Shown: positions 38,964 to 51,740, counted from the first letter of the stretch. The stretch is DNA of 64,000 nucleotides from Felis catus (GCF_018350175.1 NC_058368.1:49849815-49913814), one strand, 5' to 3'. Notes: generated from the letters alone by a model not told the origin. Translations and numbers: made by a program.

Positions 38964-39190
38964 GGGGCACCTGGGTGGCTCAATCTGTTAAGCATCCAAC
39001 TTCAGTTCAGGTCACGATCTCGTAGTTCGTGAGTTCGAACCCCGCATCAGGCCCTGCGCTGACAGCTCAGAGCCTGGAGCCTGCTTTGGATTCTGTCTCC
39101 CTCTCTCTGGCCCTCCCTTGCTGGTGCTCTGTCTCCCTCTCTCTCAAAAATAAATAAACAGTAAAAAAAACCTTTCTTAATAAAGTTTTT
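38964..39190 (+). mobile_element. Can-SINE
   Basis: Head, CT tract, tail. Confidence 0.92.
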
Positions 39191-39375
39191 AAAAAGTTTA
39201 AAGTGTGATTTTAGTGGAGAGACTCCACTCTCTCTAACATACCATCTGACATGAACCTACCTCAAAAGACTGGTAAATGGTTGGCTTAAAATGTTTACAA
39301 AATGGGTCCTCTTTGATAGTCTGCTTTAAGCAAAATTTTAGCCCCCTAACTACCCATCCCAACTAGTCAAGTAAA

Positions 39376-39397
39376 ATATATATATATATATATATAC

Positions 39398-39443
<46 letters not shown>
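39376..39443. repeat. (AT)n(GT)n compound microsatellite
   Basis: Directly visible. Confidence 0.98.
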
Positions 39444-39445
<2 letters not shown>

Positions 39446-39674
39446 ATATGACATAATATTGTATTAATCAATATTATATTGTTAATATTATTATACTTAT
39501 TGATATTAATGTAATATATATTATTAGTCTGCTACTCATATAGGCTTTTCACAGAGTATCCAATTTAAACCAACTGGATTATATATCATGCACTTAGAAA
39601 CAGAATATCCAAATAGCCAGTTGAGTTACACAAAAAGGTGCACATCATTAGTCATCTTAGAAATGCAAATTCAA

Positions 39675-39898
39675 GGGCACTCAGGTGGCTCAGTCAGTTA
39701 AGTATCCAACTTCGGCTCAGGTCATGGTCTCATGGTTCATGAGTTCCAGCCCCGTGTTGGGCTCTGTGCTGACAGCTCAGAGCCTGGACGCTGCTTCAGA
39801 TTCTGTGTCTCCCTCTCTCTCTGCCCCTCCCTTGCTCAAGCTCTGTCTCTCTCTGTCTCTCAAAATTGAGTAAACATTAAAATTTTTTTAAATAAAAA
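39675..39898 (+). mobile_element. Can-SINE inside old L1
   Basis: TSD GAAATGCAAA(T/C)TCAA. Confidence 0.92.
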
Positions 39899-40502
39899 GG
39901 AAATGCAAACTCAAACCTCCATGAGATAATACTACACTCCCACAAAAATGGCTAAAATGTAAAAACTGACAATCTCAGACACTAGGGAGGAAGCAGAAAT
40001 ACTAGAAAGGACACCCACTCCTGGTGGAATCTGACTCTCTGGAAACCTGTTTGGCAGCACCTACTAAGGCCAAACAAACCCTATGGAAGATCCAACAATT
40101 CATTCCTAGAAATATACACGAGAGAAATGATTGCCTATATCCACCAAAAGACATATACAAGCATATCCACAGAAGCTTTAATCACAATAGCCCCAAACTG
40201 GAAGCAACACGTGGCTGTCAGCAGTAAAATGGATAACTAAATTGTGGCATACATACTGCAGCATAAAAAAGGACAAACTTCTGCTTTATGCAACAAGAAC
40301 CTATCTCCCAGGAATAATGTTGAACAAAAGAAGCCAGACACAGGAATACATACTGTATGATTCTATTTATATAAAGTTTAGGCACAAACAAAACTCTTCA
40401 ATGGAGACAGAAATCAGAATGATTTCTAAAGGGGAAATGGGTATCTATTGGAAGAGGGTACAAAATACCATTCTGTATAGTGTTAGAAATGTTCTACATC
40501 TT

Positions 40503-40613
40503 GGGGTGCCTGGCTGGCTTAGTCAGAAGAGAATGTGATTCTTGATTTTGGGGTTGTGAGTTCAAGCCCCACATCGGATGTAGAGATTACTACAAAAAAT
40601 AAACTTAAAAAAA
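40503..40613 (+). mobile_element. Short old Can-SINE
   Basis: TSD AAATGTTCTACATCTT. Confidence 0.9.
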
Positions 40614-40726
40614 TGTTCTACATCTTAATATGGATGGTGGTCACATGGGATAGATATTATATCTCAATTTAAGACTTAATAAGCTATTTATCAATTAATA
40701 CAGACAGACATACCTTAAGGGCTAAT

Positions 40727-40948
40727 CAGAGTTTCTAAACCTTGACACTATTGATAATTGGGGCCAGAATAATTCTGTTTGTGGGAAGTTGTCCTATGCA
40801 CTATAGAATATTAAGCATTCTGGCATCTCTATCCCCTAGATGCTTGTAATACCCACAGTGCCAGTATGGCAGCCAAAAAGCTCTCCAAATAATGCCAAAT
40901 GTCCCCTGGAGATAAAAATCCATGGCCCCCACCATTTGAGAACCAAGG
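40727..40948. mobile_element. hAT-Charlie MITE, MER20-like
   Basis: CAGAGTTTCTAAACCTTGACACTATTGA...CTCCAAATAATGCCAAATGTCCCCTGG...TTGAGAACCA. Confidence 0.82.
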
Positions 40949-41114
40949 GTTAAACTCTTGGTTTAACTAGGAGAATACTGTAAACATTGCTGATGACATC
41001 TCAAAGTCTGAATCAAAATACAATCAGACCATAACTTACAAATTAAATACTAGAATCCTTGATCTACAAGGATAGAAAGATTTAGAAGTCTTTCATTTGA
41101 CAAAAGCAATATTT

Positions 41115-41280
41115 AACCAAGTTGCCTGATCATAAGAAGTACCTAGGATGTTTATAAACATGAATTGCCAGGTACCTTCCATAGAAATTCAGTAAGTGTG
41201 GGTGAGGTCTAGAAATCTATTGTCTAATAAGCACCTGAGGGAATTTTTATAAACATGTTAGTCTGAGAACAGCACTCTAA
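41115..41280. mobile_element. hAT MITE relic, MER5B-like
   Basis: ATTCAGTAAGTGTGGGTGAGGTCTAGAAATCT...AATAAGCACCTGAGG. Confidence 0.55.
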
Positions 41281-41328
41281 GACAACTATATTTAACGTCT
41301 ACAACACAGGTAACAAATCTTTTGACTA

Positions 41329-41496
41329 GGGGTGCCTGGGTGGCTCAGTTGGTTGGGTCTGACTTCGTCTCAGATCATGATCTCACGTCTCCCGAGTTTG
41401 AGCCCCACATTGGGCTCTGTGGTGACGGTGTGGAGCCTGCTTGGGATTCTCTTTCCCTCTCTCCCTCTGTCTCTCCCCCACTCCTGTGCTCCCTCG

Positions 41497-41531
<35 letters not shown>

Positions 41532-41689
41532 AATAAAGAAACTTAAAAAAAAAAATCTGTTGGGACACCTGGGTGGCTCAGTCAGTTAAGACTCTGACTT
41601 CGGATCAGGTCATGATCTCACGGCTTGTGGGCTTGAACCCCATGTCGGGCTCTGTGCTAACAGCTCAGAGCCTGGAGCCTGCTTCAGAT

Positions 41690-41720
<31 letters not shown>

Positions 41721-41775
41721 GCCCCTACCCCACTCATGCTCTGTTTCTCTCTCTCTCAAAAAATTTTTAATAAAA
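41329..41775 (+). mobile_element. Two tandem Can-SINEs (41329-41555; 41562-41775)
   Basis: Two heads and two tails in series. Confidence 0.92.
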
Positions 41776-43199
41776 GAATCTTTTGGCTATATTAATGACA
41801 AAAATCCTCAGTGTTTTCATAAGCATAACAAATAAGGCTTTCTTTTTTTATCTCATGCTTACAAAATAATACAGTAAGATAAAAATCTACTGAAGTGGAG
41901 ACACTGGACATAGGAACTGTCTAATATTTCGAGAAAGACGGGCCAAGCCAGTGGCTGTGGACTCCTCTAAGGGCCTCTGAGTTTGACACCATCTCTGGAT
42001 GGCATGACCTTGCCTTTCAAACCTACAAGTACAAAGAGAAAGCACTATGTCAATTTAAACTGTGATCCTGTTTCCCATGAACTTTCTGCCATTCTTTTAC
42101 CTCAACAATCTCCCTACTGACCTTCACGCTACCCTATCTCCTGTCACAATCTGCCCCTGTTGCAATTCCTCACTTTCCACACCTCCCCCTAATTACCAGC
42201 TTACCCATTCAGCACACCTGCTGTCACCAGCAGGCCCTGGGTTTGTCACACTCAGTGATTCCCCCCAGGCCCAGCAGGAAGCAGGGAAGGAGGGATAGAA
42301 CTGCAGCCGTGTTACAAAGTTTGGGGTAGAGCCAAATTCACGCCTTCAGTTTTTCGCTGGCCTAGGGTAAGCATTGCCTTAGCTTCAAGGCCATCTTCAT
42401 TGCGCTAGTTCTCTGTGTCCAGTTCTCAACTGTAAATGTTTCTGCCTTTCTTTCCCATCCCCCAACACTGATCTGATCCCAGTTCATTCCCAGTTTCCTT
42501 TTGGCTAATCTGATGTCTGATTCCTTACCTTTATCTTCTCCAAATGCATTTCTGATTGTTTGGTTTCACTCTCTACCAGTTCCCTCATAAAGGTGTGTGT
42601 TTATGCCTGCCCATCACAATGGAGTAATAACAACTTAATAATAATAATAGTAAGAGCAACAAATTATTATCTTGTGCTTCCTTTGTTGCATGCATTCAGC
42701 TTTTTTTGAATTATCTCACTTCTTTTTTCATAATCCTGTGAGATAGGTACTAACATTATTCCTACTTTACAGAAGAGGGGGAGAAACTTAGAGTAAGTTA
42801 TTTGCAAATGCTTCCAATTCTATCCAGTCTTTACAGTCTGGCCCTGCTTCTTTTTTTTCTTGCTTTACCTCCTCTGAAACACATGCATACACTCTATCTC
42901 ACTTCCCTATATCTCTTCTCTTCTGTATAAATCTAGCATATTTCATCCAATTCTCTATTGACGACCTATATCCTTTCTCTGTGTTCTTTTTCTTAAAACA
43001 GTGGTAGAACCATTCCCTGTTTTTAATTATTTAACATTTTCCCTGCGTGTCTTTTCTCTTACAACTGCAATATAAACCTCTCAAGGTCCAGGTCAAATGT
43101 CACACTTCTTATATGCCTGGCCACATAGCACAGACCCACTCAGGAAGAAAATACTCAAAAGTAACAACAGCAACAGCAAATATATAAATATATATTTGG

Positions 43200-43690
43200 T
43201 TGAAAATATTTCAACAAAGCCCATAATGAATGCCCCATACATATTAGTCATTGTGATAGATGCTAAAGATATAAAAATGACAACGTCTCTACTTTCCATG
43301 AGCTTACAAACTAGGAGTGGAGAGAGGCTTGCAAATAAACAATAAGCATACTAGAGAACCACTGTAATAAAGTTATAAATAAGGAACATGGGAGAGCAGA
43401 AGCAACTTTCAAATAGGGGATGGGGATTGACAGAGAAGATTTTATAGGAAAGGAAGTGACTTTTAAGGGGTGTTTGTAAAGATTAGGAGACCACACTGGC
43501 AGGATACTGGATAAAAGGATATTCCCAACAAAAAGACCAGTGTGAACACAAAGATGTGAAAGGCCAACTGGGCATGAGAAATGCTGAGAAGTTCAGAGAA
43601 GGCTGGAAGACAGAGCTGGCGTGGAGGAAGGAGGGATAGAACTGCATGTTACAAAGTTTGGGGTAGAGCCAAATTCACGCCTTCAGTGAC
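43200..43690 (-). mobile_element. L2 relic (similar purine-rich relics near 1.65-1.9, 3.5-4.0, 22.8-23.4 and 50.45-51.4 kb)
   Basis: CCATGAGCTTACAAACTAG and downstream purine-rich text typical of a reversed L2 3' end. Confidence 0.55.
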
Positions 43691-43929
43691 TATCGTCTTA
43701 TAGACTGGACACCAGCATTATGCAATATTAACTTGCAATGATTCATGTTCCCATGAATAGTCAATATGATTTTTCATCATCATCTTCAATACCACCATGA
43801 TTACTTAAGCCACCAGCTTACAAGCGTGCATCTAATACTGTACTATATATTTGGGGGCAAGTGTGTGTCTGTACCACAGGAAGTAATCAGTAAAGTGATC
43901 AGGAGCTCATATCCAGTTTACCACTTTTT

Positions 43930-44151
43930 TTTTTAATATTTATTTTTTTCAACGTTTATTTATTTTTGGGACAGAGAGAGACAGAGCATGAACGGGGGAG
44001 GGGCAGAGAGAGAGGGAGACACAGAATCCGAAACAGGCTCCAGGCACTGAGCCATCAGCCCAGAGCCTGACGCGGGGCTCAAACTCACGGACTGCGAGAT
44101 CGTGACCTGGCTGAAGTTGGACGCTTAACCGACTGCGCCACCCAGGCGCCC
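43930..44151 (-). mobile_element. Young SINEC_Fc
   Basis: Consensus-like body, flanked by TACCACTTTTT copies. Confidence 0.96.
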
Positions 44152-44157
44152 TACCAC

Positions 44158-44288
44158 TTTTTTTTTTTAAGTAGGTTCCATGCCCAGAGTGGAGCCCAAT
44201 GCGGGGCTTGAACTCACAATCCCAAGATCAAGACCTGAGCTGAGATCAAGAGTCAGACTCTCTACTGACTGAGCCACCCAGGCACCCC
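44158..44288 (-). mobile_element. Older short Can-SINE
   Basis: Reverse head GAGCCACCCAGGCACCCC. Confidence 0.88.
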
Positions 44289-46769
44289 TCATTTTACCAC
44301 TTTTTAAAACTATTTTTCCCCACACCTGTTAGAATCTATGACACATAATGGCATAAAGGAATGCAAATAATGGCTAAAAAGAATAAAAGGTTTAAAGACC
44401 ATATTTATTTGTTCTTCACCATATCCCAGAAAGGACTCCAACTGAAGGAATATCTGTGGATTTCAATTACTATATGTTCTCAAACTCCCATTTCCACATA
44501 TAATGGAGCTGTAAATGTCTCTAATACTACACCTTCCAAAATTACTAGGTGCTGTAAACCTGCCAGCTCTACGAAGATGTTTCTTCAAAGTGGCATTATA
44601 TTTCTGAGCAACTCGGAAATCACCATGGAACCATTTTTTTTTTTTTTAATTAACTTGGCTAAATCCATAAATGCCATATTCTTTACAGGAATTTAAGAGT
44701 GACAGAAAAACCATTAAAATCTCCTAATCACTAAGTTCTTTATCTCCTACATACAAGTAGGTGTATTGATTTTAAAAAGTCAACAGATTGAGCAACACTT
44801 CATTAAAAAACAAAAACCTACAAAAACCATTAACTCTCTATTATTTTCCTCTAAACTCTAGAACCAGGCCCTGAAGCTTCCACATTCCTGGAGACTAAGT
44901 CCAGATCTCACGTCAGGTAATATGAAGTGCCCCAGAAATGTATATTCTCTCAACATCTTCCCCTCATAATTAACGCAAACTTCTGCTACTTCCACTGTTC
45001 AACTCTTTTTGTAGAAATCACTTAAACCTCTTTTTCCCCAGCTGCTAACTTGAGAATTTTACACTTGGTTGGCCTCAGCCAATATTTGTTAATGGCCGTG
45101 GTGGAGCTGATAACAAAGGTGGTGAGAAGGAAATTCAAACACTCTGACAACTGCAAGATAGTCATGGCTTCCACTGCCTAACACGCAACCAAAAATCGTC
45201 TTCTAAAAATCCTCTCTGACACCATTTTATTTTTTTTCTCAGATGAACACATTTTTCAATAGAAAAGCCACCTCAATTATGGACAGCAAATTGAATCAAA
45301 GGAACAAATGCAAATGTGTCCAGTGTTCTAAAGTTTAATATGATACCTCCAAAATAAATACGCAAAGAATGCTATATTTACACCTTCCTTTCTTTCTGGG
45401 GAAGTCAACTCAGAAACCTATCTCTCCCCAGGTAAAAGAGTTAATTTGTTGCCTCCTTCCAGGACTTAATGTTTTCCTTCCCTCATTCATAAACCTATGA
45501 AGGTCCAGGGCTGGGGAAGGGAGGGAACATGAGGCAAAGCAGAACTCAGTTTCCCTCAAAATGCCTAAAGCATCATTTTCCAAAGCTGAGAGCATCATTA
45601 CCACCTAGGGCAAATTGCCTGGCTGCCAATGCAACCCCAAATGACCATAAATAAAGCCTTAATTATATTAATTGGAGCAATTGCTTCCTGCTGAGCATCT
45701 CATTATTTGGGGGCCCTGTCTCAGCCTTGGAGTCAGTCCCCTCCCTCCTTGGCTCGCCCCAACACAGACATCTCACTTCCACACTGCTTATAACACTGCT
45801 CCTAATTATGCTTCGGTATGTCCTTGGCCCATTTCTTCTCACTATCTGACAACAGATGTCATCTGCGGCTATTACCTAGCTTTGACAAAGCATGGGTAGT
45901 AATGTCCATGCAGTAACTCGAGAACATGACCTATGATTCCAGGCTGATCTACCACTTGATTGCTCATGGAATTTATCCAGCTCCTGACATGTAAAGTGAT
46001 ATTTTAACAGCTGTTTAAGTAACAGATGTTCTAATAACCACCAAACACCTAAACATTGTGTAACTGTTAAGACAACTCTCAATATTGCCAATATGCCTCC
46101 AGTCACAGGCAGCGTTTGGCTCTCACTGTAGAAAGAAAACGTGTAACGACGTGACCAGAGGTAGTATAAGAAGCCGTGGTATCCCCATGGCAGCTGGGGC
46201 ATTTTAACAACACCATGCTGTGGCTACTCCTATGGTTCGAGCGGTGTCCTGAGCTTAAGTTAACGGACACTGGTTCCTGGAGTTGCTAATTAAAAGTCAG
46301 GTACAGGAAGGGGCGTTGCATCCCTGATTGCAGTGATTTCCCAAATTAGCTGCATGTAAGTGCCAGGCTGGTTCCCAGTTCTTCAACAGATCCCCCCATC
46401 TCACCCTTGAGACTCTGAGTCAACATATCTGATAAACATGTACACTTCTCTTAAACTCTGCACGACGCTCTGATGTGCAATTGGGTTGGAAAACACCCAC
46501 AGAGCACCGTCTGCACCCCTGCTGAAGCTGTGGTTTCAATGGCCCTGTTGCCTGTAAAACTGGTTGGCAATGGTTTAGAAATCGTAATTACTGATGGAAG
46601 GAAGTCATTTCTGAGTATATTCAGTCAGAAAAAGTGTGTAAATCACTGCTAACATCCGGCATTCTCAAATGAGAACTCCTGATTTTTACCCCTGAAACCT
46701 ACTTCTCCCCCAGTCTTCCAACCAGCCTTCCTCATATCTACAAATGTTATCAAACCCACCCATCTGTAA

Positions 46770-46832
46770 AAGGAAGGAAGGAAGGAAGGAAGGAAGGAAG
46801 GAAGGAAGGAAGGAAGGAAGGAAGGAAGGAAA
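46770..46832. repeat. (GGAA)n microsatellite
   Basis: Directly visible. Confidence 0.99.
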
Positions 46833-47379
46833 TCAGCAAACTTAGGAATCATCCTTAATAGTCACGTCCACAAGAAGCCTTCTCTGACTCATCTCTTACT
46901 TTTGGCTGTAAGAAGCAAAAAGCTCAACTCAACTCACATAAACTGAAAAAGTGTGCAGGCAGGTGCTAATCAGGTTGTTCATACCAGAGTTCAGATGCAG
47001 TTTTCCAGGCGTCTCCAGACTGCCCTCCTCAGTTTCTTTATCAATCTGGTAGTGAAATAACTGTAACAGTTTCAGGCTTTAAATCTACACACAACAACCA
47101 AGGAGAAAGCTTTCTTAGGCGTCCCAGGCAACTTTCTCTCCTCTTGCACTGTCACAAACTGACACGTTCCCTGGGACCACTAGATCTCCAGGTTCAAACT
47201 TATCAACTGGCTTGAGACTGGATTCTTGGACAAATCAGAAGCATTTCCCACCTTGGGGCTGGGACCAGCTTTCCTGTGGCATACGGGCTGACTGGCAGAG
47301 GGAGAGATAACTAAAGAAAATACAAGATTTTATTAAGTAAAGAGAGCTGGAGAATCTATTACACAACCCAATCTAGAGT

Positions 47380-47835
47380 TAAGTTTTCTCCTCTTATTCT
47401 CTCATATGACCACATTCTTTTTCATCATAGCCCTTATTACAATTCCAGGCAATATTTACAGAGTACTTATTTTATGGCACTGTTCTAAATGCTTTATTTG
47501 AATGGATTCACTTAATCCTCACAACAATGCTATCAGGCCCATATTACACATGAGGAGTTCAAGGTACAGAGGGGTACAAGAACTTGCCCTGGACCGTGGA
47601 GCCCACCCGTGGTACAGCTTTGGGTCCCAGAAGTGAGATTCTAGAACCCAGGCACTCAGAAATGGCGCCGTGCAGTTCTTTTTACTTAGTTTTGTCTCAC
47701 TCCTCCACAAAACTGTGAGATACATGAAGCAGGGAATGAATCTGTTTTACACACTACTCCGTATCGGTGTCCAGTGCAATACCAGGTGCACAGGGAACAT
47801 TCGATTCATCTAATAACTGAACAAATGAATAAATA
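47380..47835. mobile_element. L2 3' end with embedded MIR
   Basis: CACTTAATCCTCACAACAATGCTAT...CCCATATTACACATGAGG (MIR-like) and ACTGTGAGATACATGAAGCAGGGA...AATAACTGAACAAATGAAT (L2-like). Confidence 0.65.
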
Positions 47836-49169
47836 GGCAGTTGAAGGAATGAGTGAAGTGAATGAATGAATGACTGAGGTAATGAACAAAGGAACAACTA
47901 GAAAAACCATGACCCAGACTAACAGCTTGTTCATATTGTACGATTAATTACAGAAGAGTGGGGTCCAGACCTTCAATTTCCTGTGTCAAGTGTGGCTTCT
48001 CTAGCTGAACGCCTCTTATCTCTCTTCCACCTGGTCACACCTGCACAGCCAATAATAAATGGTCTTTTCTCCTTGGCAATGAAAACTCAAGCAGGAACCA
48101 CTCACTTCTTTTGAGACAGATTACACATGAACATGTTCAAAACAGAGAATCATATAACAGTGGGATTTTCCTGCATTTACCTTATCTGCAGTAGACAAAC
48201 ATTTTGTTCACTGAGGATAAGAATCACAACCTGAAAACATGCACAAAGCCCTTTACAGTACATCATCAGGTACTGAGGAAATGTAACAAATATTTTTCAA
48301 ATCAACAATTTTTAGTAAACTCATCAGTTTGATAACTTATCACTTGATAAATGGAGATCTAAAGATATGTAAAGCGTTGCTGTGATTCTCTTTCATGATG
48401 GCAGCATGACATTTGAAAACAAGTCATCTGGAAAATATAAGCAGCTAAGAAAAAAATTACAGGGCATATGTATGTCAGTTCCCACTGTCCGGAATTAATT
48501 CTGCTCTCAGAAAAGAAATCATAGCAAAATCATAGTAAACAAGGTTTCCAGAGAAACTATTAATTGGTACAATCAGATGCATACAAAAGCTGTTACACTG
48601 ACTGGTTCCTAGGTAAATGGGGTAATGTATTGTGACTCAAATCCAGCACTAACAAATATCAGTTCCCATACTCAACATGTACAGTTCAGCTTCCCCCTCT
48701 ACAGAAGTGACTTGCCAGTTCATCCTCCATTCCAGAAAAAAAGAAAACCACCTTCCTAAGTGGGCAAAAATGTTTACCTTTTGCCTAATAAGCAGCTATG
48801 ACTACTGTTTCAGATAATGTGCACTTAGCAACATCCACATCTTCAATGGACATACTGATGGAAAGCAGGTTTTCAAAGATAATTTTTCATAAAAGACAAC
48901 GATAAAACAGAGATGCTCATTTAAAAAACACAGGCTGGCTCATCACTGGAGCAAAATGGAATCTCTTACCCCATGCAAGGGACCAAAAGTTTAAGAAAAA
49001 TCTGGAGATAAATAAAGTTCAAAGAAAGGCAGATTATGCCTAAAGGTAATGAAAGAGTGAGAAGAAAATACCCGCTTTGAGGAAGAGGCAGAGGGCCGAT
49101 ACTTATAAAGGCAAATAACTGGCACTTTTAATTCTTCCTGGAAAAATAAAGCCATCTTTCCTTTTGTTG

Positions 49170-49203
49170 TTTTCTTTAATTTTTTTAATGTTAATTTATT
49201 TTT

Positions 49204-49245
<42 letters not shown>

Positions 49246-49412
49246 AAGCGGGGGGAGGGGCAGAGAGAAAGAAGGAGGCACAGAATCTGAAGCAGGCTCC
49301 AGGCTCCAAGCTTTCAGCACAGAGCCTGATGCGGGGCTCGACCTCACAGACTGCGAAATCATGACCTGAGCCAAAGTTGGAGGCTTAACCGACTGAGCCA
49401 CCCAGGCACCCC
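49170..49412 (-). mobile_element. Can-SINE
   Basis: Reverse body with (GA)n; explains most of ORF 48991-49569. Confidence 0.92.
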
Positions 49413-50562
49413 TCCTTGTGTTGTTTAAACTAGAAGGCCAACCCATGGGAACACTGCAGAACATGAATCCTATCTTACTGGTGGCTTGTTTCATGCCCCA
49501 GTGGCCACTGAAAACTATAATCAACCTATCAGTTGCTCTTATTATAAACATTACATAAAATGAATACAAGGTAAGTAATTACTCTGTCACAAGGGCATGC
49601 TGTTTAAGCAAAGAAATCCAGAATACAATCCTACATCTTATTACCGGTCAATAATTCACTATGGACATTGGCCGTGGTTTTTTTCATTCTCATCCCTGGC
49701 TTCACCCTGGTGGATCCCCTCTCCAGTTCCTCATTTCCCTTTCTGACTTAAAAAAAAAAAAAATTTTTTTTTTGAACACCTTTTAGGCCTTCCCGGTCCT
49801 TTCTAGGAGAAGGCTTAAAAATCAGGGCCTTCAGAATTGGTTAATTTTAGATTTGGAAGTAAAAACTTACAGAAGCCATCCAAAGTATTGTATAACCAAA
49901 TAGCTTTCCAAATGAGATCATACTTCCACTGAGAAGCCTAAATAACTGAACTGAACCAAAACTGAAGAATAATCCGATTATTGCAAGGATGTATTCACAA
50001 TACCACTCATGCTAATCATCTTCCAGCTTCCCAAAAGTTTGACTCATGTCATTCAAAGAAAAGGTCATGGAGACACCTGTTCTCATGATGGAAGCTTGAG
50101 TAAACTTCCCCTGTTTTGATACGGGGGAAAAAAAGTCCATCTGAAATTAGTCTCCAATTTTTTTTCAAAAACTACACAACTTACTTATTTTTTTTAAATG
50201 CCTTCTTTATAGTTCCATTTAATATTATAAGCAGTATGAAGTCTCTAAAATTATAAACAATCATAACAAAAAATAAAACTGTGCAAACAATACAATCAAT
50301 ACTTGTTAAAGTTAACAACTAAAGGCAACATATATGGGAACACACGCACATCCTTGCAAACAGACTTCAGACTCTCCGTGGCAGATCTGAATTCCTTGAG
50401 GGCAGGTACTGATTTCCTAATTTCAATCTGTTGAAATGAGTCTCTATTATAGAACTAGGTCCCGGGCACGCAACCATGAGCAGACAAGAGCTATCTCCCT
50501 ATGAAGCTTACATTCTAGAGATGGAGACATACCTCCAGAAAGTGTTTTTTAGAATTAACTTA

Positions 50563-50660
50563 GGGGCGCCTGGCCAGCTCAGTCGGTAGAGCATGTGACT
50601 CTTGATCTCAGGGTCGTGAGTTCAAGCCCCACATTGGGTGTGGAGCCTATTTTAAAAAAC
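50563..50660 (+). mobile_element. Short old Can-SINE
   Basis: GGGGCGCCTGG...CTCAGTCGGTAGAGCATGTGACTCTTGATCTCAGGGTCGTGAGTTCAAGCCCCAC (tRNA-Lys-like head). Confidence 0.88.
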
Positions 50661-51541
50661 CTGTGATGTGTTAGTGCCAAAAGGAAAACAAATAAAGGGC
50701 TGAGACAGAAGTGATAAACTGGGATGCGTATCTACTTCAGATAGAGAGAGGGTCATTAGAGGCCAATCTGACTTAGTGACATTCGTGATTTAGGCAAAGA
50801 ACTGAGACCCGAGAAAAAGCTAATCTAGCAAGAATAGGGACCCCACATGCAAAGGCTTTTAAAGTGAGCCAGGAGTGAAGCTTGCTTAAGGACAGCTAAA
50901 GTGTGGAACAGGAGCTGGAGAGCAGCAGTCTGAGCTGGAAAGACTAACTGAACCTAAGGAGGAATTTGCATATTATTCTGAGTGCGAAGGGAACCTGATC
51001 AGGTTTGCATTTTACATGCACCATTCCTGCGGCTCCATGGAAGAAGCCTCTAACCAGAGAAAAAGAGCAGAGCAGGGAGGACAGCTGAGAGGAGAAAAGT
51101 CCCAGCAAGAGATCACGGGGGTCACACCTGTGTGGTGGCAGTAGTGATGGAGAGAGGTGACATACTAAAACTAAGTTTTAGAGGCAGAATCAACATGACG
51201 TCCTTCCAGTACTGTAACTGGGGAGTGAAAAAAAAGGACTCAAATATGATTCCCTGGTTTACCAGCATCAGTATCTACATATTCAAGTGTGGATGTCAAG
51301 TAAGCATTTAGATACTGAAAAAAGCTGGAGCTCAGAGCAAGAGCTGGGCTATATCGATAAATGTGGGGGCCATCCATAAAAATTTATGAAGTAGGTTTTA
51401 GAAAATGCATGAAGTTTGGAATCCTAGACCTGCTACTTGCTAGCTTGTGTCCTTAGAAAGATTACAGACTTAGTTTTCTCACCTATAAAGTGGGGATTTA
51501 AAAAAAAAAAAAGAAAACTAGTTTAGAAGGATTGCCTAGAG

Positions 51542-51740
51542 CAGATGTCAGCAAACTTCATTGGCAAAGGGCTAAGTAATAAAGATTTTAAGTTTGGTGG
51601 CCATAGAGTCTCTGTCCAAAATACCAAATACTGCCACGGCAGCAAAAAAGCAGCCACACACCATATGTAAACAGATGAGTGGAGATGTGTTAAAATAAAA
51701 CTGTATTTAGAAAACTAAGGCCAAAGTTTACCAACCCTTG
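51542..51740. mobile_element. hAT-Charlie MITE, MER58A-like
   Basis: CAGATGTCAGCAAAC...AAAGCAGCCACACAC.ATATGTAAAC...AATAAAACTGTATTTA...TTTACCAACCCTTG. Confidence 0.82.

Larger units (their letters stand above)
39600..40700 (+). mobile_element. Old LINE-1 (L1ME/MB-like) ORF2 end and 3' UTR, interrupted by two SINEs
   Basis: CATCATTAGTCATC..GAAATGCAAATT, CACAATAGCCCCAAACTGGAA and AAAAGAAGCCAGACACAG motifs. Confidence 0.8.

Noticed and set aside
44361..44696. 111-aa ORF and other 60-130 aa ORFs in AT-rich intron
   Set aside because: No homology recognised, no supporting splice or Kozak context, and lengths compatible with chance.
46770..46832. (GGAA)n as an ETS-fusion response element
   Set aside because: That function is established for EWS-FLI1 in human tumours. 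Nothing here supports more than a microsatellite inside an L2 relic.
50563..50635. tRNA-Lys-like sequence with A and B boxes
   Set aside because: It is the head of an old Can-SINE, followed by SINE body and A tail; no proper acceptor stem pairing is evident.
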